Source of the DNA: Vicugna vicugna
Taxonomy: Eukaryota
NCBI GenBank assembly: GCA_013265495.1
Contig: MU058868.1
Coordinates: 2,287,553-2,351,552, forward strand
Reading direction: 5' to 3'
Length of the DNA stretch: 64,000 nt
Shown here piece by piece: positions 11,743-24,545 of this stretch. How positions within the stretch are numbered: position 1 is the stretch's first letter; each line of letters opens with the position of its first letter. The translations under genes were made by a program, and so were the position numbers. The notes under the pieces are model-generated. The model had not been told where the DNA came from. It did not search any database and saw nothing but the letters and a program-made list of their open reading frames with translations.

Positions 11743-14700
11743 ACCAAGGTTCACTAGCCTTTGCTTCAAAAGAAGTTTCCTGAAGGAACAAAAACAAGCC
11801 AATGAACAAACTTGAAAGCACCGAGAAAAGGCTCAGGGCAGCCATGGCTGGCTCACAGCCGCTGGCAGATCAGAAGCAGGTTGTCTGCGTGATGGGAGTC
11901 GTACACGGGACTCTGAAAGAGAGCTGGAAGCCGGTCCGGGTGGCCAGGTGTGCCATGCATCTGCCAACATCCCCCGGGGCTGGTGGCATCTCAGCTGTGG
12001 AGCCTGGGTCCTGTGTCGTGCGGAGAAGCCGGAGCCAGGAAGCCCACAAGCCAGCTTGCCCCTCCGAGCACCCAGAGGCCCTGAGAGGTGGTGTCCCGTC
12101 CCTCCGTGTGCACGGCGGCTGCCGTGAGCTTGGACATGGCTGAGCAGGGATTTGACCTAGGATGGCGGTCCCCAAGGCCTGGGCCTGCCCCTGTATCCCA
12201 CAAGGCCCCGTTTCAGTGGCCCCCACTGCTCAGGCCCCACTGGATGTCCACAAGTCCTGGACTGCTCAGCCCTTTCTGCAAGGAGCCTTCGTACAGCCTG
12301 TTCCCTCTGGCTGGAACTCCCTCCCCCAACCTCCCTGGTCTTAGTCCAGAGCCTGAGGTAGGGGTTAGGGCCCCTGGCTTACGTGGGAGGCGCAGTCTCA
12401 GGATAAAGGAGGGAGGAAGGAGGGAGGGGAGGCTGGGGAGGATGGGGAGTGGTGCCAAGCCATCACCACCCTGGCTGTCACTGTGGATGAGATGCCAGAG
12501 CCACATAGGGCATCTCCAGACAAGTCACAATCGCTCTGTGGGGACTTAACCTCGGGCATCACCCGCCGCTTTGGCAGAGGCTTGGGAAACGTGACCCTGA
12601 GCGCTGCGGCCCTCTGCCTGAGTCTGAAGGTGGTGGAAGCTTCTGGAGGTTCCAGGGTGTGAGACAGGTCAGCCCCAGGCCACGTGGCCGCAGGGAGCTG
12701 GTCAGCAGAGGCAGGAGCAGTGGGGAAGCAGAGAGGCTGAGGGTCCAGGGGCGGTGATGTCCCCCAGGGGCTACTCCTGATCAACCCCCTGCCCCGGCCA
12801 TCCTGCCCTGGAGCCCCCTGAGGTCAGCTGACCTTGCACTAGCTAGTTTTCCTGGAACCAGGCTCTGCCTTACGAGAAGGCTCTTTGCTCTTGGTAACTG
12901 GCCTCATGCCCAGCGGATGCCCCCGTTAGCCCCGGCCCGGCTCCTCCCCCGCCCTGGGAGCTCTGAGCCGCTGGCCAGTGTTCTGTGCTCCCCGCTCTTG
13001 GCGAGCAGATGAAAACTCTAAATGAAGCGAGTGGACGGCTGGGCCTCAGCCTGATCTCAGGGTAGAGCTCAGGTCACGTTGCTCCCTGCCCAGAGCCGTC
13101 CCGTTTGGTCCAGCGCTGAAGGTGTGGGACAGGCTCCCGTTCCGTGTGCATCAACACGGGGCGCGCACGCGCACGCGCGCAGAGGGGAGAAAGCGTCTTG
13201 GCGCCGGGCCTGCGGGGCCGGCGGCACCTGCCCCCCCCCCCCGCGCTGGGTTACATCCAGGCTGTACCCAGGCAGAAACCCCTCCCCCTCCTCGAGCCTG
13301 GAGCGTGAAAACTAATAACCTTGGGAGGGCACAGCTCCTCCAACCCAGTGGCCACACACTGCTCGCCTGTCCCATCCTGGTCCCCGCGGAGCGTCGGGAG
13401 CCCTGTCCTCGCTCGGTCGCTTGGTTTTAAACAACAAAGGCAGGTTGGGGCTTCACAGTGGCTGAGACGACCCCATTGGTGGCATCTGGAGGCTCTGATG
13501 GGTCATCCGAACAGATGGGTCCAGAGGGGAGCAGATGCGCTGGACCAGACACGGGGTGACCGTGGGAGGCCAGCCGTCTGAGACCCCGTGGGAGGTGGCA
13601 CTTCCCCGCCAGCGCTGTGCAGCCCCAGGAGCTCACCTGGGGAGGAGCCCCTGGGCCCCAGGCCAGTTGCAGACGGGGCCGCCGTCCCTCCCGCTGACTC
13701 GGCTTCTGAGAGGAGCCTTTGAGGGTCCAGGGGCTGCTCCCGACGTGTGTGAAGTGGGTCCCCGTGGCACACTCGGGTGCCAGCCACCCTCCCTTCAAGC
13801 AGGGAGTGCTTGTCCGCTGTGAGCAGGTGGTCAGCTGACAGTGTCCCCCTGGAGGGGGCTGGCTGGTGTCCACCCCCAACTCACACCCACTCAGAACCTC
13901 AGGGTGTGGAACAGGTCTTAGCGGCCGTGAAGAGCTGAGATGCGGTCACTGCGTTGGGTGGGCCCTACGTCCCCTGACTGGTACCCTTGTAGGAAGGGAG
14001 GACACACACAGGGAGGGGCCACATGACCACGGAGGATTTCTCAGAGTGGGCTGGCCAGGAGCCCAGGAGCACCAAGAATGCCGGCCGACACCAGGACTGG
14101 AAGGGACAAGGAGGAACCCTCCCCGGAGCCTCAGAGGGAGGCAGCCCCGCCTGCACGTGGGTTTTGAACTTGCAGCCTCCAGGCTGCTGTGTGAAGCCAG
14201 CCAGCTGTGACGCTCGCAAGCAAGGGGAGGGGGCGGGAGGCCGTGGGGGTCTCTGCGCCTACCTCTCTCCTCCTTGGCCCAGCCCGAGGTGCGCCTGGGG
14301 CCCCTTGAGTCTGACAGTCTGCACCCTGTGGGGACCTCCCTCCAGCCCTGGTGGTTGGGTGAATGAATGAGTGAATGGATGAATAACAGCCCCTCTGACC
14401 CGGAGGACACACGCTGGGGCCCTGCAGGCCAGCCTGGCCTCAGACTTACACTTACAGTGTCAGCAAAACGAATGGGTTTAAACCAGGAAATTACCGGGAC
14501 CAAAACACACCACAGGCCTCTAGTAACAGATCTGGGGTCCTGCACCCTGGGCCTCTCCACCCCCTTCCTCCCTCCCTGCACGGCCCAGTGGGGGCCCGAG
14601 GAGCTGCCCCAAGGAGAACCTTCCCTTCCCCACGGTCCTGCGCCTGTCAGCGGGGCCGCGCCTTAGCCAGGTGCTGTCCTGAGCGAAGGGCCAGCCCATG

Positions 14701-17700
14701 GCGAGCTGACGGTGACCCCAGGGGCCCCGGCCACACTCCCGGGTACTCCAGGCCACGTGGATGTCCACCTGCAGGGTTAGCGTGGCTCTGCAGCGGCTGA
14801 GTCCTGTTCCATCGGCACGGCGCTCTGTCCCCTCCTCCAGCGCCCCCAAATCCTCAGCCGTCGGCCTGCACTGCGCTGGCTCGGCTTCTGGAAGACTGGA
14901 GGCCCGGATGAGATCCTGGGATGCCCAGCTCAGCTCACCCTGCCTCCCCCCACCTCCAGCCTCGAGAAAATGTCCACGTCAGTTGGTCAGGGCTTGAGGG
15001 CCGTCTGGGGAGCCTGCGTCCAGCCTGGACTTAAGGGAGGGCTAGGTGGGCTGGGACGCAGTCATGCCCATCACTGGGGGTGCAGGCGCACAGGTGGGCA
15101 GGTGGGCAGGGCCCCCTCAGGGGAGGCTGCAGAGGGGAGGACCCAGTTTGGCACGGCCACACGATGAGGGGTATGGTTACCGCCTCGCGGGGTCCTGTGA
15201 GGGGTCAATCCATGAACCCGGGCCGGGCGCAGAGGGAGGCCCACAGCGGGGCTGCTGTGAGGGTCAGGCCCCCTGCCTCGGTTCCCCTGCATGCTCAGGG
15301 CGTGGAGCCAGGGGACCAGTCCTGCACATCCTTCTCTCTGCACTGGCTCTCAACCTCCTCTCCGGGCTCTGGGGCACAAAGAACATCTCCAGGGCCCCTG
15401 AGAGGTGTGTGTCCTGGCTTTGGGATCAACCCAAACTGGGCTTAATTCCCTGGAGCGGCCATCTGGCTCTGAGCACTGGGGGACTTTTCCAGCGTCCCTG
15501 GGGAGCCGGGCCCTTCCGCAGGCTGTATCATGCGTATCTGTCGTTCCTTCCTCTCTCCTGGCAGGGGCTCCAGGGCCCTTCTGGGCTCCCATTCCTTGCG
15601 GGAGGTGGGCCTCTGGCCTGGGGAGGCTGCGAGGGGCAGGGATGGACCGGGCCCTCCAAGCTCCGATTCCAGCCATGCTTGGCTGCCTCTGCTGGGCCAG
15701 GCCCCGCAGAGCTGCAGAGTCATGAACAGGAGGGAACATTCCAGAGGGTGTCCCCAACCTCAGGGAAGCACCTGCTGGGGACTCTGCCTGGGCCTTGGGG
15801 CTCTGCAGGGCGGGTGTCGTGTGGCCGTTACCACTGCTGCTTCTAGAACCTGTGGGAAAGGATGTGTTCAGCCGATGCCTTTGCTGAGACCCCACTGTGT
15901 GCAGGAAACCCGACAGGAGTGACCACACTGTGGGGTCACTGCTCTGAACGAGGGGGACCCTGGGAAACACGCAGAGGCACCTGGTCCAGCCCTATTGGAA
16001 CTCAATCTTGAAGGCAAAGTTGACACTGCACATCTGGAGGAGGAGGAGGAGGAGGAGGAAGAAGGGTGTTACAGGCAAGGAACAGCATGAGCAGCCGCTT
16101 AGAAGGCTCCTCGATCCACAGCGACATTGCACACAGATGAAACGTGGATCCCGGGGCCCACTTCAGGCCCTGGGGCCAGAGCAGCTACAGCGGGTGCCTG
16201 GGAGTCTGCATTTTTAGCGAACACTGCAGGTTCGCTTTGAAGCAACACCAATAACTCAAATGCCACAGTCAGCCACCCCCATCCGCCAGGGGCCCCAGCT
16301 CCAGATTCCTCAAAGACATCTGCTGGCCCCACCCTCCACTTCAGGGACTTGCCCAGACACCCGGAACCTTCTTAGAAGGGGGTCAGCCGCCCGACCTTTG
16401 TAAGGGCCCCACCCTCTCCCCTGGGCACCTTCTTGGATTGGTGGGGCAGGGGTTCCCTGACACCCCGCCGTGTCGTCCCAGCCCCGGGCCTTAGGCTCGC
16501 TGTCCAGGGGGCCTGGACGTTATAGGGACGTCCCACTGCCTGGCGCCCCACATTGACTCCCGACGCAGGCTGGGAACTCTGGGGCCCTTGGGAGTTTGTG
16601 TGACAACAGGACTGCCTGCTCCCTGACCCAGAGAGAAACCTCCCTGCTAGGAAGGGCTTCTGCCAGCCAGACTGGGCCCTCGGACTCCCACAGGCAGCTG
16701 GCGAGTTTGGGGGAAGCATGCGTGCGGCTGGGAGCTGCGGCCGCCGGGCCAGTGTCTCAGCACGAGCTCAGACAGCGGGTGCGGGCCGGCAGGGCCCGGG
16801 GCATGCTGCTGAGTGGGCCCTGGAGACGGCCTGTGGAAGAGTTATGTCCAATTTCTGCATCCTGAGTGGGCGGTGGCCTCTGTCCTCTGACCAGCAGACA
16901 AGGACTCTGAGGACCTCCCGGGCCAGCAGTTCTCCCTCCTTGGGGCAGGGACCAGGAGGCGTTTCTGAAACTCTGTCCTTAGAGCAATTCATACAATTGC
17001 TTTCTAGTCCCAGATTTGGGAAGGGTTCCACAGGAGCTGAGCATGGGTGCAGTCTTGTCATCAGGTAAACAAATTATCTGCAGTCCCGGGTCCCTCCATT
17101 CCTGTCCGCGGCCTCAGATGTCTCACCAGAACTGCCAGCCTCCTTCCCGCCTGCAGGCCCTTGCTGGTCTCCGTCTCCCCACTGGACGGCATCTCCGACC
17201 CATCTGTCCACACCCACCCAGGCCTCCCTCAGACCAGCACCTGGTCCAGGCAGGGCCCTGGGTCTCCTTCCCTCTGCTCTCGCTGGGTGTGGCCACGCTG
17301 GCACCACTGAAACCAGGGTCGAGGGCTCTGGCCCCCAGCAGTGAGCCGCACTGAGCCCAGGGGGCCTGGGGGGGACCCTGCGCTTGGGTGCTCTTTCCAG
17401 GCAGAAACCACACGACCGAGGAAACCAGTGCTCCTGACCAGCCACTGAGTCAGCACATGCACCCACGCCCCGTGCTGTATCTTACGTTTCGTTTCACCGA
17501 AGCAATATGTCCAAAAAGTCAAATCATTCTTCAAGGGGTATCATACAAGCATCTGCCTCCCCGCCTGCCCCACGAAGCAAAGACTCTCAGCTTTCCGTCC
17601 GTCTGGGGTCCGGTTTGCACTGCTCGGTTTGGCGCGTCTGTTTCCAGGTGACACGTCATTCTGCCTTATGCTGATCTGTCCACTTTAGACCCCAGCCCTT

Positions 17701-17899
17701 GACTTCTCTGCAGACAGATGTGAAGTTGAATTCTCTCAGAGCCTCCACCTCCCCACGCAGGGAAATCACATTTTGGATTAAATGACTGTTCAATATGAAT
17801 CAACTCGTCAACCTATGGCTTAAATCTTTTTAGTCAAGTTCATCAACACATCGGTTCTCTACTCAAATCCCCGCTGTGTCTCTTCAGCAACCCTCCCCC

Positions 17900-18950
17900 T
17901 GTCCCCGAGGTGAGCCGCAGACACCCCCTGGGGGGTGCGTTCACATTTTCTCGTGTTTCCGTCACCAGTTGCTGAACTTTTCCCCAAAGTGTGCATGAAC
18001 TCACCGTCCTTTGTGCTTCACGTGGCAAGTGGCTTGTCCCGCCCCTCTTTCTCTCTAGAAACATCCGTCTGGAAGACAGACGCCTTCTCACCCCTGCTCC
18101 CAGCTGCTCAGTCTCTTTCCTGCGATGACCCCCGTTTCCTAGATCCCAAGTCTGCCTGCTTGTGGTTTCAGTGCCTCCTTTGGTGCCACACGTCCTCCGA
18201 GAGGTCCTGGCCAGGGGCGCAGGGGCCGGGCATCCTCTGAGTACCAGAGAGTCCCTGTCTGGCCCCGGCACCAGGAGGTGGTGGTGTGGCTGCTGTGGAA
18301 TTTGGGTGCCTGTGAACTTTCTCGGCCACGGGCGCTCCGCCCTCCCCGGCTTCCAGGATGCAGCTGAGAAGTTCTAGTGCATTCTGATTCCTTGTCTTCT
18401 TTTGTGACCTACTTCTGTTTCCCCTGCAGTGAGATTTCACCAGGATGCGCTTAGCAGCTCTGTGGCACGCCTGTGCCGAGCGCTCAGAGGCCTGTGAACC
18501 GGACTGATGGTCTTCGTGCCGGAACGTGGGTCAGAGTCGTTTCTTTGCTGCCAGTCTCCCTGCCCTCCCTCATCCCGCGTCCGTGCTCCTGGGGACGGTC
18601 CTTCAGTGCACGCGTCCCTGTCTCTGCCCCACCTGCTCTCTCCCTGAATCCCTGTTCGCGCGTCACCCTGTGTCCTCACTGTTACCTTCTCCATCTTCCA
18701 CCGCCAGCTAATTAATGTGCAGGAATGTTTGTTGTCTGCCGAGCGCTCGTTTCTACGGGGCACGGTCTTACTCCGTGGCGGCACCATCTCTCCTTGGCTG
18801 CGAGCCTCGCTCTCTTCTTCCAGGAGCTCCTCTCCTCCCTGCTTATTCCCAGTTTCCTTGGCAGTTTGGGTTTGCGTTTCTGTCTTTTGTGCTGGAGGCC
18901 CTCTCTGATGTTGGAGCCCCAGGGTCTGCGATGGTCCGTCGTACGGGGAT
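17900..18950 (-). mobile_element. HAL1/L1M-like ancient LINE remnant
   Basis: gctgagaagttctagtgcattctgattccttgtcttcttttgtgacct and gagatttcaccaggatgcgc align by eye with the recalled HAL1 reverse strand. Boundaries uncertain. Confidence 0.6.
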
Positions 18951-19239
18951 CAGGTTCTGTGACCCTCGGTCTGATTACCTGACCCCATGCTCCTCCCCGC
19001 CCCCCAGCGCCACCCAGAGCAGAGCCTGCTACCTCGGGCTGTTTGCTCCCTGACTCTGCCGCCTCCCACGGGCAGGGCTCTGTGCAGGGGGACGCTCTCT
19101 GCAGCGCTGTCTGTGAGCCCGAAAAGCCGGGCAAAGCTACACGTGCTCCTCCAGGGCACCCACTGCTCGTGTCTGGGTCCATCGTTGCTGGGAACACCGT
19201 GCGGTTTCAAGCGACGAGCAGGTCTGTGTCTGTTGCACG

Positions 19240-19475
19240 GAAAGCCATCCAGGATACAAGAGCAGTTTGCGGGACGCCAGGTAGATCGTGAGTCTGCCGA
19301 TGCTGGTGAACCTGCGTGCACATTCAGAGGTCTGTCTGGGAGGACGTTTACCAAAAAGCTAGGGGAGATTCTGGGTGGTGAGATCTGGAGTGATTTCCGT
19401 TTTCTTCTGTACGCTTTTCTGTATTATCTGAATTTTTTTCCTGCAGTCATGTATTGCCTTGATAATCATTTTCAG
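19240..19475 (+). mobile_element. L1ME-like 3' end
   Basis: ctgggtggtgagatctggagtgatttccgttttcttctgtacgcttttctgtatt...catgtattgccttgataatc is typical of an L1ME 3' UTR. Confidence 0.65.
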
Positions 19476-22150
19476 GAGAATGAACAGCCTTCACTCGAAC
19501 AGTTCCCTGACTGCCCCAAAGCCCAGCCGGCTCCCCGCAGCTCACGAAGGCACGGCCCGCGCCTCCCCAGCTGCGCTCACTCCCGCCCCGTCACCGCCCA
19601 CCTCCCCTGCGCCTGCTTGTCCCCGCGTCCGCGGGGCCTTTCTCGCCTCTGTGTCCTCCCGGTCGCCCTGCCTTCCCCCTTCTGGCTTTGCCTGTGTCGG
19701 GCGGGCCTTCCTCAGTTCCGTCCCACGCAGACCGCGCAGTCTGGGTCTTTGGAGGGCGCACGGCCCCGCTTTGCGGCCCTGCCTCGGACTTAGGCACAGC
19801 TTCCATTTCTCTGGTCTCTGCGGTGGGCTGGAAGCAGGACAGCAAGTGCAGAGAGATCTGCAGAGTTGTACCCACCAACGCACACCCCGGCGCCCAGCAC
19901 GGCGCCCGGGACACAGCAGACACGGGAGAGATTTGAGAATGAGTGAATCGAGGACTGAGTGCATCTTAAGGCGGAGGCAAGGAAAGCAAATTTGTGAGCT
20001 AGAGCTTTCGTTTCTGTTCTCCCGAAGAGATAAAATAAGAATGTCCTGGAATAGTCGTGGTGTAATTTAAGTAAATGTAAAAAATCAGTTTACAGCCGAG
20101 CTCAGAATGGTTTATTTATCTGAGAAATTGGTGCTTTCCTTAACAAGTCAGTAAACGGTGCTTTGGAAGGCAGGGCTAATTGCTCAGCCCTCGGGTTTTA
20201 ACGCCTGTGTGTGTAAATATCTGCTCTTATTGTTAAAAGTAATGTTTAAATACATGGAAGGAATCAAGTGATGTTTACTTTCCACTTTTTCTCCCTTTTG
20301 AGACAAGCTGGCTAATTGGGAGTTAATTTGTTTTGGAAAGATTCAGGCTTTTTTGTTTAAGGCCCGGGAGTGAAAGGTCTCTCTTCCAAGGCATAAAATT
20401 TCCACTCTCCGTGCTGAGGGCTGCAGGCTGTTTGAAAAACAAATGCTATTAGAAACTGGAGTGGACCAGATTTCATTCTTTGGATTTAACCACACGTCTG
20501 CTCCTTGGTGTTTAGGAGCCCAGGGACGGGAACCTGGACCTTGTTTGCAGCCGTGACCCTGCGGCCCCCAGCTCACCCAGGAGCAGCCTCGTGGCTGGTG
20601 CAGACTGTCTGGATCTTGGGTGGGGCACGGCCTTGCGGGAGCTGCTGGCTCCTGGGCTGTGGTCGGGGTCGGGGCTGGGAGGAGAAGGGGTAACCTTGAC
20701 AGGTGCGCAGGGCCCCGAGGGTCGGACAGGGTCTGTGACTCCAGGACATGAGTGTGCAGGGAGTGTGTTTGGTTCTTGTAGGAGGAAGCAAGGCTGAAGG
20801 AGGAATCCCAGGCTTCGGCCAGCCCCCTGGGGGGCTGGGACCTGCAGGGCTGGGGGGAGTGGGAGCAGGGGAGGTCTCCTAATGCCCTGGCTGAGTGACC
20901 CTTAAGCCTTTGAGTATCAGGGATCAGCCCATCCCGGCAGCCTGGCCCATCAGGACCCACATCCTGGACGCATCCTGGGGGGATCCTGGCGGGGGGGTGC
21001 CTGACAGCTTATGGGGCAGCAGGCAGGCAGAAGTCCGCCCAGAGCCCACGAGGAGGGCCTGCGGGCCTGCACCCCTTGGGTCTGTGTTCCCTCCACCCTC
21101 CTGGGTCCCAGGCAGGGGTCCAGGCCGCAGTGGAGTAAGTTAGCCAAGTAATGGGGCCAAAATGGAGTGTTTCTTCTAAAGGGCGAAACAGCCCATTTTT
21201 CTTCATCTCCAAAGCTGACAGCTTGGAATGTCCTCTGGGCACAGAGCTCTGGTGCTGGAGAAGGCCAGCGTCACTGGACAAACAGCCCGCTGCGTGCCCT
21301 GCCGGGTGTGCGTGGGGTGCGGGGGTGAGGCCACCGCTGGCCGTCCTGGTGGCCTGGGTCACTGCTTCTCTGTGTGCGCAGCTGAGCAGACACGGGCCCC
21401 AGGGTTAGCCCCACCTTTGGACCAAATGGAGCCGGTGCTCTGGCGGTGTGATCTGGGACTCTGCGCCCTGCACGTGCCCTGGTGGTCCAGGTACACGGCA
21501 TCTGAGCGTCTGGGCAGCAGTGTCACTCTGACCGATGCCTGATTTTGTCACGAGACAGAAAGTGCTCGAGGCCTTTGGACAGAGGTGGAGAGCTGCCCAC
21601 TCGGGAGGCTGAGGCGACTGCTGGCCAGTGGGAGACCTGTCCTACCAAGGGTGGCATGTGAGCGAGGTTCTGAAGGATGTGGAGTGTCACAGGCAGAGGG
21701 GACTGTGGGAAGGAGGGGCAAGGAGGGGGCTGTCCTTCCAGATGGAGGGGACAGCACAGGCCAGGCCCAGAGGTGGGGGCTGGGTGGAGAATCGAGTCTC
21801 ATCACTTTGGGCTGCAGTCCACACTCCTCATGGGGAGATCACAGGAGATGGGGGACCCCAAAGAGAAGTCTTTAGGTAAGAGATGGGCTCCGAGGGAGAA
21901 GGCCCAGCAGAGCCCGGTGGGTGGGGGGTGGGCAGGGGAAAGTCTCCCTGGTTTGGTGCATCCCCCATCCTGGTGGGGCAGACCCTGAGGATGTCCCCTC
22001 CCTCCTCCCTCTAGAGCCCAGGTGGGGCCCAGACCCCCAGTTGAAGCCCAGCACACTCCTTCCCTGTTTGCATCTTTTACTTTGCCTGGGGTGCCCTCTG
22101 CACCCAGCCACCCCTGCTGGATGTAAGAGTGTAGAACAAGTGTCACTTTG

Positions 22151-22500
22151 CATAGGTTAGCTCTGGTCTCGGTAATGCTGAGTAACAGACCATCACAACT
22201 CAGAGGCTTACGACAGAGCATTTGCTTCTTACTCACAAGCCTGTGCTTGGCTAGGGCTTGGCTACCCTGAGCTAAGCGCAGCTGGGGATCCAGGCTGTGG
22301 GCTCACGTCAGCATTGCTGTGCCCGTCCCCGTCCCCCCGGGCAGGCCCTCCTCACAGGGGAGGTCAGAGGCTCCAGAAGGTTGACGTGTAGAAGCAAGTG
22401 TGGCCTCTCGAGGCTCGGACTCAGGACACAGTCTGTTCCCTCCACCCATTCTGTTGGCCAGGCCCTGGGGGAGGGAGGGGGCCTGGCCACAGGGTAACCT
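22151..22500 (-). mobile_element. MaLR LTR (MLT1J/K-like)
   Basis: ggtaatgctgagtaacagaccatcacaactcagaggctta...catttgcttcttactcac...cccattctgttggccagg. Confidence 0.65.
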
Positions 22501-23389
22501 GTGTTTCACCTGCCTCCTCTAGAAAGGCTCCCTGGGTCCCAGAGGTAGTGACAGGCACCCCCTCTGTTCCCGCACCCCGGCCCTCCTTGTCACAACCCCA
22601 CCCCATGTGGTCTGTCTGTCTCCTGGAGCTCCCGAGGGCAGGGGCTGCCTTGTATCCCTGCTGATTTTAAATGTGAGCGCAGAGGAGGTGCCTTGTGAGG
22701 AGTGAAAGGAGGGAGAGAGACAGGAAGGGGGTGGGGGGACACCGAGACGGTGGACCTGCCCCCTCAGCACGTCCCCTGGCTGCCCTCCCTGACCGAGGCA
22801 GAGGGGCTGGAGTGGGATGCAGTCGCTGGCAAGCCAGGTGCCGTCGGGGAAACGCCTTCCCTGCAAAGGCTCCTCCTCGCTGGGACCTGAGAAAGTGCTG
22901 CCTTCCTCCTCCCTTTGCCTTTCCTCGTATCCTCAGGCTCCAGGCACGGCTGGGAGGAGTGGGCGCCAAGAAGAGGGGAGGGGCGCACCAATGCCGAGCC
23001 GCCCCCGCCCCGGGCGCCGCAGCACAAAGGGGCTTGCTTTCATCACGAAAAATGTGAGCCTGGATCTCAACACCTCCAAACGCCTTTAAAGGGAGTAATT
23101 GCTTGACTGCAATTATTTTAGGAGTTTTAACCAAGCCGCATGGGTGCTTTTTAAGAATACTTCTGGAGCTTCAAATTCCACCCACGGCCCCCAAGGGTGG
23201 GGGCCCCGCGTGGGGCCCAGAGCCCTGCGTCCCTCGAGGCTCTGGGGACACTGGGCTAAGCTGTGCCCCAGAGGAGGTCTCGGGAGGGGCTTTGGGCAAT
23301 GAAGCCAGCCCTGCCCAGGGAGGCGGAAGGACCTCGTTGCCAAGGCAACGGCCTCCTTTGCCCTCTGAGGAAGCTGGGGCCCTCCCGGC

Positions 23390-24080
23390 AAGGGTGGGCT
23401 GGGCTGAGGGTGCCGTGCAGGCCGGTGGAGGGCAGCGGGCAGGGGGAGGGAACCGCAGGCACTGTTTTGAGCCCCATTTCCTCATCGATTAAGTGGGGGA
23501 AGAACCTTCCCGACTGCGTTCTTGCAAGGGTGAAGTAAGAGAAGCACGCGAAGTGCGCGCGCTGGGCGGCACACGGCCTCGCCACGGGGCTGCTGGCGGC
23601 GCCGCCTCTTTCCGGCCCCGGAGCCGGAGCCGGTCGCCCTCCGCCGCGGGCCGATGTTGGGGGCGCCGGCTCCGGGCTCCCCTCGCGGGGCCGCCGAGGC
23701 AAGCCGACCCACCCGCCGCGGGACGGTCGCCCGCAGCCGCGCGGCAGGCGCTCCAGGAAGGGGTCTGGTTAATCGCTTATTTTTAAAGGATCAACCCCCC
23801 AAACAATGCAACGCAGTTGATGAAACGGGAGGAAGAGGTGAGCAAACAGCGCGGTCAGTGGAAGCGACTTAAACCCTGTCCCGACCGACCACCACCACGT
23901 GCCAGCGCGCGCCGCCGGCCTCCCGCTGGGCGTCTTGCTGGCAAAGGTGTCTTGAAGGAGGGAGCCCGCTCGGCCCTGTCGTCTGCCCGGGGAGTCCAAG
24001 GGGCGGGGAGGGCATCTCGCCTGAACCCCTGCGCTAGGCTCCGTCTTTAGGGGACGGGGCGGGCCGGGAGCTGGGGGTGC
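23390..24080. promoter_or_regulatory. Orphan CpG island about 28 kb upstream of the ADRA2C ATG
   Basis: Dense CpG (gcgcgcgc, ccgccgcgg and similar), not repeat-like, with no recognisable CDS. Strong donor gag|GTGAGC at 23838. Confidence 0.7.
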
Positions 24081-24449
24081 CTGCCCAGCCTGCGCAGCAG
24101 CAGGAGGGGGGAGAGCCAGCCCTCCTGGCTCAGACCACGCCTGTCCCAATGTCTAGGACCACACGCCGGCCTGCACCCCTCCGGGGGACAGCGGCTCTGA
24201 GGGCGCCGTGGGAGGGGACCGAAACCCCTCCCGTCCCCCTCCCCCCACCCTGTAGCAAGCACACCCTGACCGATGATCCTGCCGGGGCACATCCAGGGCG
24301 GCCTCTGCACGGCACCCCCCAGTCCTCTCTCCCCACCCGCCAGGCCCCTCAGTAAGGACAACAGCGACAAAGGGAGACGAACAGGGAGGGGGAAGAGGGG
24401 CTCCATCACCAGCACGTGCCAAGCACGTTGTGTTTCACTCTGAGAGATA

Positions 24450-24545
24450 AGCAAGTCTTCACTCCCATTGTACAGAGAGGAGACTGAGGCACGGAGTGCT
24501 GAGTGATTTTCCATGGAGGGCACTCGGCTGGTGGCAAGGGGCACA
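24450..24545 (-). mobile_element. MIR SINE remnant
   Basis: cccattgtacagagaggagactgaggcacggag. Confidence 0.65.
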
